NCBI RefSeq assembly: GCF_964213995.1 | Contig: NW_027590628.1 | Coordinates: forward strand, 1-63,790 | Direction of reading: 5' to 3' | Origin: Mustelus asterias | Lineage: Eukaryota | DNA length: 63,790 nucleotides | The notes under the pieces: model-generated | What the model was told of the DNA's origin: nothing | What the model saw: only the letters and a program-made list of their open reading frames with translations | Database searches by the model: none | Made by a program: the position numbers and the translations under genes | Shown: piece by piece, positions 36,300 through 49,418 of the stretch | Layout of the letters: each line of letters opens with the position of its first letter | How positions within the stretch are numbered: the first letter of the stretch is position 1

Positions 36300-36510
36300 T
36301 CAGTTTCAGTTTATTTATTAGTCTCAGAAGTAGGCTTACATTAACACTACAATGAAGTTACTGTGAGAATCCCCTAGTCGCCCACACTCCGGCGCCTGTT
36401 CGGGTTACACTGAGGGAGAATTTAGCACGGCCAACGCACCCTAACCAGCACGTCTTTCAGACTGTGGGAGGAAACCGGAGCACCCGGAGGAAACCCACGC
36501 AGACACGGGG
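36300..36510 (-). mobile_element. V-SINE, 5'-truncated, non-CR1 tail
   Basis: Same family as 9290-9590. Confidence 0.85.
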
Positions 36511-36734
36511 AGGGGACAGCCCGGGGGAAAGCTCCATTCCAACTGTCCCTGGAGTGTCAGATTAACCTGGGTCACTCACGCCCCCCCCCCGGCTAAGACT
36601 CACCTCCCTCAGACAGTGAGACCCTCCTGTATCACTCACCTTACTGTAGTCAGATACCCTCAGACTCAGCACTGGGCCCTGGGCGTGTTCTTTAAATGCT
36701 GCGAACTATCGTGGAGGAAAGAATTGGGAGGATT

Positions 36735-37372
36735 TTGATTTGATTTAATTTATTACTGTCGCATGTATTGGGATACAGTGAAAAGTATTGTTTCTTGTAT
36801 GCTGTACAGACAAAACATACCGTTCATAGAGTACATCGGGGAGAAGTAAAAGAGAGGGTGCAGAATGTAGTGTTGCAGTCATAGGTAGGGTGTAGAGAAA
36901 GATAAATCTAATATGTAGCAGGTCCATTCAAAAGTCTGAGGGCAGCAGGGAAGTTCTTGAGTCGGTTGGTACGTGATCTCAGACTTTGTATCTTTTTCCT
37001 GACGGAAGAAGGTGGAAGAGAGAATGTGTGCATGAGGTCCTTAATTATGCTGGCTGCTTTTCTAAGGCCGCGGGAAGTGTAGACAGAGTCAATGAATGGG
37101 AGGCTAGTCTGCGTGATGGACGGGGCTACATTCACGACCTTTTGTAATTTCTTGCAGTCTTGGACAGAGCAGAAACCAGACCAAGCCGAGATACAGAAAG
37201 GATGCTTTCTATGGTGCATCTGTAGAACTTGGTGAGAGTCGTAGCTGACATGCCAAATTTCCTTAGCCTCCTGAGAAAGTAGACGTGTTGGTGGGCTTTC
37301 TCAATTATAGTGTCGGCATGGGGGGACCAGGACAGGTTGTTGGTGATCTGGACACCTAGAAACTTGAAGTTG
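36735..37372 (-). mobile_element. Rex1/Babar-like LINE 3' fragment
   Basis: FKFLGVQITNNLSWSPH...KAHQHVYFLRRLRKFGMS...FYRCTIESILS and KKLQKVVN..., the C-terminal region typical of Rex1/Babar reverse transcriptases. Confidence 0.75.
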
Positions 37373-37389
37373 AGACCCAAATGACAAGT

Positions 37390-37730
37390 TGTCATAGTGT
37401 CACAGATGTTTACAGCATGGAAACAGGCCCTTTGGCCCAACTTGTCATGCTGCCCTTTTTCTTTTAACCCCTAAGCTGGTCCCAATTCCCCACATTTGGC
37501 CCATATCCCTCTACATCTATCTTACCCATGTAACTGTCTAAATGCTTTTTAAAAGGTAAAATTGTGTCCATCTCTACTACTACCTCTGGCAGCTTCTTCC
37601 AGACGCTCATCACTCTCTGTGTGAAAAGATTGCCCCTCTGGACACTTCTGTATCTCTCCCCTCTCACCTTAAACCCATGCCCTTTAGTTTTAGACTCCCC
37701 TACCTTTGGGAAAAGATATTGACTATCTAT
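37390..37730 (-). mobile_element. CR1 LINE 3' fragment
   Basis: FTQRVMSVWKKLPEVVVE... and similarity to 61000-61300. Confidence 0.85.
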
Positions 37731-38389
37731 TGTGTGTCAACCATAGAATAGCCACAGAATGAAGGAGGCCATTCAGCCCATTCAGCTGGTGTCGACTCTC
37801 TGCTAGAGCAATCGAGCCAGTCCCACTGCTCCACCTTGTCCCTGGAGCCCTGCAAATCTTTTCCCATCAGCTTCCCATCCCATTTCCTCCGGAAAGACAG
37901 CGAGGAGCAGAGAGGAAAGAGGGACTTGGGGAATGGAAGGTTTCATCTGATGTTCTTGTTGGCAGATGCTCTGTGGCGGATAAAGCTGGCAGCCTCCTCC
38001 AGAAAGCAGCACAGAGTGAATGGAAGGGGCAGAATGTGAGTGAGATGAGACACGAGAGAGAGAGAGAGGCGTGAAAGCTTTCTGTTTGTCAGCAAAAAGC
38101 ACAATGGTGGCCCTGTGTCCTTCAGGGAGCGGCCCAGGCCTCGCTCAAAGCCTGCCCTGTCCTCACACTCACTGGGAGACGGCCATTTCTAACATGTTGT
38201 CCATGTTGCTGAGCTGACACTGAGACAAACACAACAACAGCAGCCACTATCCGGACAAGTCCTCACGGAGAATGAAATGTCCAAAGCCACTTCAAAGGAA
38301 GATTGCGCGGCAGGATTTGTCCTCGAGCTGCGGAGGGAGAGATTTGGATGGATGACCAGAAGCTGGGTCATTGAAGTTGTGTTTTAGCA

Positions 38390-39340
38390 ATGGAGGTCTA
38401 GAGAACAGAAAAGGCCCTTCGGCCCATTGCATCTGTGCTGGTCAAAGACAAATCACCCAACTTGGCTCACGGCCTGGTAAGCCTTGGCATTGCAAATGCA
38501 TAGCTAAGCACTTCTTAAACGTTCTGAGGGTCTCTGCCTCCACCACCCTTTCAGGCAGAGAGTTCCAGACTCCCACCACCCTCTGGGTGAAAAAGGTTTT
38601 CCTCACATCCCCTGTAAACCTCCTGCCCCTTACCCTAAATCTATACCCCCTGGTCATTGATCCCACCACCAAGGGGAAAGCTTTCTTCCCGTCTACTCTA
38701 TCGATGTCCCTCATAATCTTATCCATCTCCATCATGTTCCCCCTCAGCCTCCTCTGCTCCACAGAAAACAACCCCAGGGTGGAATCTTATCACCGTTCAG
38801 GCCGGCAGGATTTTCCCATCCCACTGCAGTGAAAGGAGATTTGGCTGGTCACCAGATTCTCCGACCTCGCTGAGCAGGAGTGTGGCGTCAACAGGTGGTA
38901 AGATCACACCCTCAGTCTATAAAATCTCTCTTCAGTTCGAGTGGCGGCACGGTAGCACAGTGGTTAGCACTGCTGCCTCACAGCGCCAGGGACCCGGGTT
39001 CAATTCCGGCCTCGGATTACTGTCTGTGTGGAGTTTGCACATTCTCCCCGTGTCTGCGTGGGTTTCCTCCGGGTGCATTGTCCATGCAAAATTGCCCTGA
39101 GGGTCCCACGATGTATAGGTTAGGGGGATTAGCGGGAAAATACGTGGGGCTACGGGGTAAGCCTGGGTAAGTGTCCGTGCAGATTTGAAGGGTCGAATGG
39201 CCTCATTCTGGACTGTAGGGATTCTATGATTCTATGAACTAAAACTCTCCAGGCCAGGCAACATCCTGGTGAATCTCCTCTGCACCTTTTCCAGTGCTAT
39301 CACATCCCTCCAATCCTGTGCATTCCACAACTGCACAATG
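38390..39340 (-). mobile_element. CR1 LINE fragment split by insertions, including a plus-strand HE1-like SINE at ~38943-39237
   Basis: FSVEQRRLRG...FFTQRVVGVWNSLP at 38442-38771; CR1 text resumes at ~39240. Confidence 0.82.
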
Positions 39341-39349
39341 TTTCGATGA

Positions 39350-39650
39350 GGGGCAGCACAGTGGTTAACACTGCTGCCTCACAGCGCCAGGGACCCGGGT
39401 TTGATTCCTGGCTTGGGTCACTGTCAGTGTGGAGTTTGTACATTCTCCCCGTGTCTGTGTGGGTTTCCCCCGGGTGCTGCGGTTTCCTCCCACAGTTCGA
39501 ACGACGCGCTGGTTAGGTGTATCAGCCATGCTAAATTCTCCCCAAGTTGCCCAAACAGGCGCCAGAGCATGGCGACTACGGATTTTCCACAGTAACTTCA
39601 TTGCAGTGTTAATGTAACCCTACTTGTGACACTAATAAATAAACTTTTAA
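39350..39650 (+). mobile_element. V-SINE, non-CR1 tail, full length
   Basis: tRNA-like head, V body, tail ...CTACTTGTGACACTAATAAATAAACTTT. Confidence 0.88.
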
Positions 39651-40091
39651 ACCTGATACTCGATTCCCCCATGTTGGCCTTATTCTGTGATCATTAATGC
39701 GGATGTTTAGATTATTCAATAGTTCTTTAAGGACAGCAGACACAGGGAAAAAAAAACATGTGACTCTGTACACAACAGATATATTTCAAGGGGATATTGC
39801 AGCCAGCTGTATCTGAGTGGCAGTAATCTTCCCTCAGAATTAGACAGATTGTGGGTTCAGCTCAGAGCCTCAAATACTAGGTCCTTCGCATCGATCAGAG
39901 ACTCCGCGCACAGCATGATGGGAGAGCGGACAAAGGAAAGTGGTGTTGAATTTGTGAGCCTTGTTTTGTGGAAAGCTTTAGTGTTTGGTCAGAATGTTAA
40001 TTTTTGAGTGGACCTACCATATATTAAGCTGATCTTTCTCTATACCCTCTCGGTAACTGCAACACTGTATTCTGCACCCTCTCCTCCTGAC

Positions 40092-41700
40092 AGTTTTGTT
40101 TTAAACTCTTTATCAATGTCCTTCCAGGTTTAGTGTGAAGGTTTGTGTTCCACACTGAGCCCCTCTCAGTCTCCACACGGAGCTTGTGTGTGTTGCTGAT
40201 GCTCCTGTCATTTTGGATGGATACTGTGTGAAGCTGCATTCTCTCCCAGTGAGTTTCTGATCTACTTCACTCTCTCTGCGGCTGGAGCAATGTCCAGCAG
40301 GCAGCAGAGGATGGCAGTGTATCACAGTCAGCACAATATAGACAAACAGCCTTTAGCAAGAGAGGCTTTGACCCTTTTTCAAACCAAATCCCCAATTTGA
40401 TGTTTCCAGCTGCGCTGTTTACAATGCTGCTGAATATTGTGTGTCTTTGGTAAACTGGGATGTGTAGCATTCAGTCACATTAAGTGGTCAATAAATACGT
40501 CCACACTGTGTATATCTTTCTGTGTGTGTGTGTCAGCGTGCATGTGTGTCAATGTATTTAAATCTCAAAGGAAAATAGGAGCAGGTGTAGGCCATTTGGC
40601 CCATCGATCCTGCGCCAGCATTCAAACAGATCATGGTGCACGTACGCACACAAAACACGCACACCAACACACACAAAACACGCACACCAACACACACAAA
40701 ACACGCACACACCAACACACACAAAACACACACACACCAACACACACAAAACACGCACACACACAAAGTACGCACACACAAACACACATAAAACACGCAC
40801 AAAAAGCACACACACAAATTTACACACACAAACACAATAAACACACACACACAAACACACAGAAAAACACACACACACATCAAACTGACAGTTAGCACTG
40901 CTGCCTCACAGTGCCAGGGACTCGGGTTCGGTTCCCGCCTTGGGTCACTGTCTGTGCGGAGTCTGCACGTTCTCCCCGTGTCTGCGTGGGTTTCCTCCGG
41001 GTGCTCCGGTTTCCTCCCACAGTCTGAAAGACGTTCTGGTTCGGGTGCATTGGCCGTGCTAAATTGTCCCTCCGCGTCAGGGAGACGAGCTCGGGTAAAT
41101 GCATGGGGTTACGGGAATAGGGCCTGGGTGGGATTGTGGTCGGTGCAGACTCAATGGGCCAAATGGCCTCCTTCTGCACTGCAGGAGTCTAGGATTCTAT
41201 GAAAACACACAGAAACAGATATTCTCACCCAGTAACACTCAGACGCACACAGTAATAAACACACACGGAAACATGTCCACACACAAACACGCATGCACAC
41301 ACGCACACAAACACACACACACAGATTCCTATTTTATTTCACACAATCGATTTGCGTCTTGAACATGCTGAATGATTGGGCTTCCACATCCCCCTGGAAT
41401 AGAAAATTCCAAAGATTCACCACCCTCTGAGTGAAGAAATTTCTCCTCATCTCAGTCTTCAATGGTCTGCCCCTGATTCTGAGATTGTGTCCCCTGGTTC
41501 TAGTCTCACCAGCCAGGGGAAACATCCAATCTACATCCACCCTGTCACACCCTGTACGAATTTTAAGTCTGTTTCAATGGGATCGCCTCTCATTCTTCAA
41601 GGGTTCAAGGCCGACTTCCGGACTTGATGGCCATGGAAGGTGTGCTCATAACGGGGCCAAACAGCTGGATTATCAAACAGTAAATCCTGCCGGGATCGTG
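40092..41700. repeat. Segmental duplication unit A (partner 45600-47315); contains a CA-rich tract, an HE1-like SINE (~40890-41200) and a CR1 fragment (~41340-41600)
   Basis: Near-identical sequence and ORF translations, offset 5508 bp at the left edge. Confidence 0.95.
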
Positions 41701-43046
41701 TATCAGTAAACTCTGCCCGAAACCTCTCTCAGTTATTACAATCTGGGCCTTGTATCAGTAATCTCTGCCCTAAACCTCTCTCAGTTATTACAATCTGGGC
41801 CTTGTATCAGTAAACTCTGCCCGAAGCCTCTCTCAGTTATTACAATCTGGGCCTTGTATCAGTAAACTCTGCCCGGAACCTCTCTCTGTTATTACAATCT
41901 GGGCCTTGTATCAGTAAACTCTGCCCGAAACCTCTCTCAGTTATTACAATCTGGGCTTTGTACCAGTAATCTCTGCCCGAAACCTCTCTCTGTTATGACA
42001 ATCTGGGCCTTGTATCAGTAAACTCTGCCCGAAGCCTCTCTCAGTTATTACAATCTGGGCCTTGTATCAGTAAACTCTGGCCGAAACCACTCTCAGTTAT
42101 TACAATCTGGGCCTTGTATCAGTAATCTCTGCCCTAAACCTCTCTCAGTTATTACAATCTGGGCTTTGTATCAGTAATCTCTGCCCGAAACCTCTCTCAG
42201 TTATTACAATCTGGGCCTTGTATCAGTAATCTCTGCCCTAAACCTCTCTCAGTTATTACAATCTGGGCCTTGTATCAGTAAACTCTGCCCTAAACCTCTC
42301 TCAGTGATTACAATCTGGGCCTTGTATCAGTAAACTCTGGCCGAAACCTCTCTCAGTTATTACAATCTGGGCCTTGTATCAGTAATCTCTGCCCTAAACC
42401 TCTCTCAGTTATTACAATCTGGGCTTTGTATCAGTAATCTCTGCCCGAAACCTCTCTCAGTTATTACAATCTGGGCCTTGTATCAGTAATCTCTGCCCTA
42501 AACCTCTCTCAGTTATTACAATCTGGGCCTTGTATCAGTAAACTGTGCCCTAAACCTCTCTCAGTTATTACAATCTGGGCCTGGTATCAGTAATCTCTGC
42601 CCGAAACTTCTCTCAGTTATTACAATCTGGGCCTTGTATCAGTAATCTCTGCCTAAACCTCTCTCAGTTATTACAATCTGGGCTTTGTATCAGTAATCTC
42701 TGCCCTAAACCTCTCTCAGTTATTACAATCTGGGCTTTGTATCAGTAATCTCTGCCATAAATCTCTCTCAATTATTACAATCTGGGCTTTCTTTCAGTAA
42801 TCTCTGCCCGAAACCTCTCTCAGTTATTACAATCTGGGCCTTGTATCAGTAATCTCTGTCCTAAAACTCTCTCAGTTATTACAATCTGGACCTTGATTCA
42901 GTAATCTCTGCCATAAATCTCTCTCAATTATTACAATCTGGGCTTTCTTTCAGTAATCTCTGCCCTAAACCTCTCTCAGTTATTACAATCTGGGCCTTGT
43001 ATCAGTAATCTCTGTCCTAAAACTCTCTCAGTTATTACAATCTGGG
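41699..43046. repeat. 52-bp satellite array, ~26 copies
   Basis: Unit TATCAGTAAACTCTGCCCGAAACCTCTCTCAGTTATTACAATCTGGGCCTTG. Confidence 0.97.
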
Positions 43047-43782
43047 AAATTTGTGAGCCTTGTTTTGTGGAAAGCTTTAGTGTTTGGTCAGAATGTTAAT
43101 TTTTGAGTGGACCTACCATACATTAAGCTGATCTTTCTCTATACCCTATCGGTAACTGCAACACTGTATTCTGCACCCTCTCCTCTCCTTCTCCCGAATG
43201 GACTCTATGAACGGTATGTTTTGTCTGTGTAGCGTGCAAGAAACAATCCTTTTCACCGTGTCCCAATACATGGGATAGGGCGACATGGTGGACAGTGTTT
43301 AGCACTGCTGCCTCACAGCACCAGGAACCCGGGTTCAATTCTCGGTTGGGAGTTGAGTTTGCACATTCTCCCTGTGTCTGCGTGGGTTTCCTCCGGGTGC
43401 CCCGGTTTCCTTCCACAGTCCAAAGATGTGCAGATTAGGTGGAATCTGAGACGCTACAGAAGCAGGGTAAAGATTTGAAAATGAAGTGTTTCTTACCCAC
43501 TTTTAAAAGACAATCCACATTCGCACCAGTCACATTTCACACACTCTGCTCAGTCCTGTGTTGGGGGGGTGTTTAGTGCGGGATCAGTGTTTGCTTTTCT
43601 CAAACCGCAGTGATATTCTCAACAAGGGCACGAGGTTTCAGTGTTTAAACATGTAAAGATTACAAAACTAAACCAGACAGAAAGTGATGAGGCCTCACAC
43701 CTTCAATGTAGTCATCTTCGCTCAGAGTCAGAGAGATTGTGGGTTCAGGTCAGAGCCTGAAATACTAGGCCCTTAGCATCGA

Positions 43783-44478
43783 GACACACAGAGACAGAGA
43801 AACACAGAGACAGAGACAGATACAGAGAAATGCAGAGACAGAGAGACACACACAGATACATAGAGAGATATAAACACAGAGGCAGAGAGAGAGACACAGA
43901 TCCAGAGAAGTACAGAGACAGAGAGACACACAGATACAGAGAAATAGAGACAGAGAGAAACAAAGAGAGAGACACAAACACAGAGACAGAGTGAAATATA
44001 CAAATATACAGAGAGAGACACAGATACAGAGAAATACAGAGACAGATACACAGAGAGATAGAGACACAGAGAGATAGAGACACAGAGAGACACACAGATA
44101 CACAGAGAGATAGAAACAGAGAGACACACAGAGAGATAGAGACACAGAGAGACACACAGATACACAGAGAGATAGAGACAGAGAGACACACAGACAGATA
44201 GAGACACAGAGAGATAGAGACACAGAGAGACACACAGATACACAGAGAGATAGAAACAGAGAGACACACAGAGAGATAGAGACACAGAGAGACAGAGAGA
44301 CACACAGATACACAGAGAGATAGAGACAGAGAGACACACAGATACACAGTGAGATAGAAACAGAGAGACACACAGATACACAGAGAGATAGAGACACAGA
44401 GAGACGCACAGATACACAGAGAGATAGAGACAGAGAGACACACACATAAACACACCAACAGAGAAATACAGAAAGAGA
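43783..44478. repeat. GA/CA low-complexity tract
   Basis: (GAGACACACAGATACACAGAGAGATA)-like repeats. Confidence 0.95.
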
Positions 44479-44513
44479 GTTTGGCAAAGTCAGATTTTAT
44501 TTTCCATTCAATA

Positions 44514-45366
44514 TTTATTTACAAATTCAGAGAATATTTGACAGGAAAATTGATTTTAAAGTTAACAAAAGTGAATCTGACCTTTGAGCTTCACAATGAG
44601 ATCAGAACCCCCCCGCTCTGAACTGCCCAATATCTGTACAGCTGTACCAGACACCAGAAAGAGAAAACCAGAGCTCAACATCACGGGAAATGAACAATTG
44701 TGAACAAGGAACGAGAAAAGTTATTAATTTATACCTGAGATTTAAACTACAGGAAAACTATTAACTACAATTCCAGAACAACAAAAGTTACCGTATACAT
44801 TTCACACTGAAAACTGAACTACCGCCCACAATTGTCTCAGTGACAGATTCAGAATGATAAACTGAGAGAATTTCACTGTTGGAGTCACCGACAGCAGATA
44901 TTGTATTTGTGTCAATCAGGAATCTTAATAATCAGCTGAGGGAAATCTACACCGTCCAAAATTCAACCCATCACTTGATCTGTAAAAGAAAGATACAATA
45001 ATGAAGCAGATGTTTATGATGCGGGACATTAATGTTAGAGTTTTTAATCAATGAATCATTTAGAGATTTTTCAAATCCCTTCTGTCAGTTTGACAATCCA
45101 CTCTGACACCAGTCACATTTCACACTCTCTGCTCAGTCCTGTGTTGGGGGGGGTGTTTAGTGTGGGATCAGTGTTTGCTTTTCTCAAACCGCACTGATAT
45201 TCCCAACAAGGGCAAGAGGTTTCAGTGTTTAAAAATGTAAAGATTTCAGAACAAAACCAGACAGAGAGTGATGAGGCCTCACACCTTCAATGTAGTGATT
45301 CCCCCAATCTTTCCTTTTGTATATTGTTTCCTTCGTCTGTCTGAAGTATTGGAGACGTCGACATCA
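44514..45366 (-). other. Possible last two exons and polyA signal of an unidentified minus-strand gene
   Basis: 84-nt exon 45366-45283 (TTTCAG...GTGAGG). Terminal exon from 44979 (TTTTACAG) continues in frame to TAA at 44927-44925. AATAAA at 44519-44514. Confidence 0.3.
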
Positions 45367-45599
45367 CTGAAACAATACAATCTCTCGGGACAATCACTGT
45401 AAACAGCTTCTGGAAACAAATTAACACTTTAATCACCCAAAAAGCTGAATGTCCATTCAAACACCTCCCTCCCCATATCCTTGTAAATGCAAAGATAACT
45501 CCCATTTCCCCAAAGCAGGAAGATGTGAAATGGAAACATCTTCAGCTTTTTACACACTGCACTTTTCCACGGACCAAAATGTTTCAAAACATTTGCTGA

Positions 45600-46864
45600 A
45601 GTTTTGTTTTAAACTCTTTATCAATGTCCTTCCAGGTTTAGTGTGAAGGTTTGTGTTCCACACTGAGCCCCTCTCAGTCTCCACACGGAGCTTGTGTGTG
45701 TTGCTGATGCTCCTGTCATTTTGGATGGATACTGTGTGAAGCTGCATTCTCTCCCAGTGAGTTTCTGATGTACTTCACTCTCTCTGCGGTTGGAGCAATG
45801 TCCAGCAGGCAGCAGAGGATGGCAGTGTATCACTGTCAGCACAATATAGACAAACAGCCTTTAGCAAGAGAGGCTTTGACCCTTTTTCAAACCAAATCCC
45901 CAATTTGATGTTTCCAGCTGTGCTGTTTACAATGCTGCTGAATATTGTGTGTCTTTGGTAAACTGGGATGTGTAGCATTCAGTCACATTAAGTGGTCAAT
46001 AAATACGTCCACACTGTGTATATCTTTCTGTGTGTGTGTGTCAGCGTGCATGTGTGTCAATGTATTTAAATCTCAAAGGAAAATAGGAGCAGGTGTAGGC
46101 CATTTGGCCCATCGATCCTGCGCCAGCATTCAAACAGATCATGGTGCACGTACGCACACAAAACACGCACACACCAACACACACAAAACACGCACACACA
46201 CAAAGCACGCACACACCAACACACACAAAACACGCACACACACAAAGCACGCACACACCAACACACACAAAACACGCACACACACAAAGCACGCACACAC
46301 CAACACACACAAAACACGCACACACACAAAGCACGCACACACACAAAACACACACACACAAGCACACATAAAACACGCACAAAAAGCACACACACAAATC
46401 ACACACACAAACAATAAACGCACACACACACAAACACACACACACGCATCAAACACACAGTTAGCACTGCTGCCTCACATTGCCAGGGACCCGGGTTCGA
46501 TTCCCGGCTTGGGTCACTGTCTGTGCGGAGTTTGCACATTCTCCCCGTGTCTGCGTGGGTTTCCTCCGGGTGCTCCGGTTTCCTCCCACAGTCTGAAAGA
46601 CGTTCTGGTTCGGGTGCATTGGCCGTGCTAAATTGTCCCTCCGCGTCAGGGAGACGAGCTCGGGTAAATGCATGGGGTAATGGGGATAGGGCCTGGGTGG
46701 GATTGTGGTCGGTGCAGACTCAATGGGCCAAATGGCCTCCTTCTGCACTGCAGGAGTCTAGGATTCTATGAAAACACACAGAAACAGATATTCTCACCCA
46801 GTAACACTCAGACGCACACAGTAATAAACACACACGGAAACATGTCCACGCACACACACGCATG

Positions 46865-46896
<32 letters not shown>

Positions 46897-47315
46897 AACA
46901 CACACACGCATACACACACACACACACAAACACACACAGATTCCTATTTTATTTCACACAATCGATTTGCGTCTTGAACATGCTGAATGATTGGGCTTCC
47001 ACATCCCCCTGGAATAGAAAATTCCAAAGATTCACCACCCTCTGAGTGAAGAAATTTCTCCTCATCTCAGTCTTCAATGGTCTGCCCCTGATTCTGAGAT
47101 TGTGTCCCCTGGTTCTAGTCTCACCAGCCAGGGGAAACATCCAATCTACATCCACCCTGTCACACCCTGTAAGAATTTTAAGTCTGTTTCAATGGGATCG
47201 CCTCTCATTCTTCAAGGGTTCAAGGCCGACTTCCGGACTTGATGGCCATGGAAGGTGTGCTCATAACGGGGCCAAACAGCTGGATTATCAAACAGTAAAT
47301 CCTGCCGGGATCATG
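45600..47315. repeat. Segmental duplication unit B
   Basis: Partner of 40092-41700. Confidence 0.95.
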
Positions 47316-48996
47316 TATCCGTAAACTCTGCCCGAAACCTCTCTCAGTTATTACAATCTGGGACTTGTATCAGTAAACTCTGCCCGAAACCTCTCTCAGT
47401 TATTACAATCTGGGCCTTGTATCAGTAATCTCTGCCCTAAACCTCTCTCAGTTATTACAATCTGGGCCTTGTATCCGTAAACTCTGCCCGAAACCTCTCT
47501 CAGTTATTACAATCTGGGCCTTGTATCAGTAAACTCTGCCCGAAACCTCTCTCAGTTATTACAATCTGGGCCTTGTATCAGTAAACTCTGTCCGAAACCT
47601 CAGTCAGTTATTACAATCTGGGCCTTGTATCAGTAATCTCTGCCCTAAACCTCTCTCAGTTATTACAATCTGGGCCTTGTATCAGTAATCTCTGCCCGAA
47701 ACCTCTCTCAGTTATTACAATCTGGGCCTTGTATCAGTAAACTCTGCCTGAAACCTCTCTCAGTTATTACAATCTGGGCTTTGTATCAGTAATCTCTGCC
47801 CTAACCCTCTCTCAGTTATTACAATCTGGGTTTTGTATCAGTAAACTCTGCCCGAAACCTCTCTCAGTTATTACAATCTGGGCTTTGTATCAGTAAACTC
47901 TGCCCGAAACCTCTCTCAGTTATTACAATCTGGGCTTTGTATCAGTAATCTCTGCCCTAAACCTCTCTCAGTTATTACAATCTGGGCCTTGTATCAGTAA
48001 TCTCTGCCCTAAACCTCTCTCAGTCATTACAATCTGGGCCTTGTATCAGTAATCTCTGCCATAAACCTCTCTCAGTTATTACAATCTGGGTTTTCAATCG
48101 GTAAACTCTGCCCGAAACCTTGCTCAGTTATTACAATCTGGGCTTTGTATCAGTAAACTCTGCCCGAAACCTCTCTCGGTTATTACAGTCTGGGCCTTGT
48201 ATCAGTAATCTCTGCCCTAAACCTCTCTCGGTTATTACAATATGGGCCTTGTATCAGTAATCTCTGCCCTACAACTCTCTCAGTTATTACAATCTGGGCC
48301 TTGATTCAGTAAACTCTGCCCTAAACCTCTCTCAGTTATTACAATCTGGGCCTTGTATCAGTAAACTCTGCCCTAAACATCTCTCAGTTATTACAACCTG
48401 GGACCTATATCAGTAAACTCTGCCCGAAACCTCTCTCAGTTATTACAATCTGGGCCTGGTATCAGTAATCTCTGACCGAAACCTCTCTCAGTTATTACAA
48501 TCTGGGCGTTGTATCAGTAATCTCTGCCTTAAACCTCTCTCAGTTATTACAATCTGGGACTTGTATCAGTAATCTCTGCCATAAACCTCTCTCAGTTATT
48601 ACAATATGGGCACTGTGTCAGTAATATCTGCCCTACAACTCTCTCAGTTATTACAATCTGGGCCTTGATTCAGCAAACTTTGCCCTAAACCTCTCTGTTA
48701 TTACAATCTGGGCCTGGTATCAGTAATCTCTGCCCTAAACCTCTCTCAGTCATTACAATCTGGGCTTTGTATCAGTAATCTCTGCCCTAAACCACTCTCA
48801 GTTATTACAATCTGGGCCTGGTATCAGTAATCTCTGCCCGATACCTCTCTCAGTTATTACAATCTGGGCCTTGATTCAGCAAACTCTGCCCTAAACCTCT
48901 CTCAGTTATTACAGTCTGGGCCTGGTGTCAGTAATCTCTGCCCTAAACCTCCCTCAGTTATTACAATCTGGGTCTTGTATCAGTAATCTCTGCCCT
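47316..48996. repeat. 52-bp satellite array, ~32 copies
   Basis: Same unit as 41699-43046. Confidence 0.97.
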
Positions 48997-49418
48997 TCAG
49001 CTGATTGGAGAATATCATCTGGAATTGATCCACTGGAGCAAGCTGAGAGGGGTTATTGAAAAGCAGCAGTGCTGGTAAGAGATTAATTGGATTAATTGAA
49101 TTGTTTATTTATTTAATTAGTCAGCTAGTGTGTGTATTTTTTTGGCCTTTACTTTAACAGCAGTTTTTCAAGTTTAAAGTGAAAACTAGAAGTGGGCAGC
49201 AAAGGAGTCTGGGAAGGGTTTTTATTTTAACTTTAAAAGTCAGTTACCTGGGTGGTTCCCCCTCAGTAGTAGTTTTTTTTTTCTCTCGGGCCCCTAGCCC
49301 TATAAATTGGTGCAGAGGAGATACCCGATCCTCTACACTGGTAGAGGATCCCACCCTTCCATCCTCCTCTAATTATAAGTGTGGGGAAGTTTTTTGTTTT
49401 CTTTTTTTCTTGCTGGTA

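Noticed and set aside
38943-39020. tRNA gene-like A/B boxes
   Set aside because: This is the head of a SINE, continuing into the SINE body and tail; the same applies to all other copies.
40128-40248. Exon-like TTCCAG...GTGAGT segment, duplicated at ~45636-45756
   Set aside because: Stops in all three frames; at most a non-coding exon.
43745-44487. Long Cys/Val/Leu/Ser-rich ORFs (also 40437-40898 and 45945-46631)
   Set aside because: Open in several frames because of dinucleotide low complexity.
41699-48996. 52-bp arrays as CRISPR-like repeats
   Set aside because: Head-to-tail units with no unique spacers, in a vertebrate context with no cas genes.
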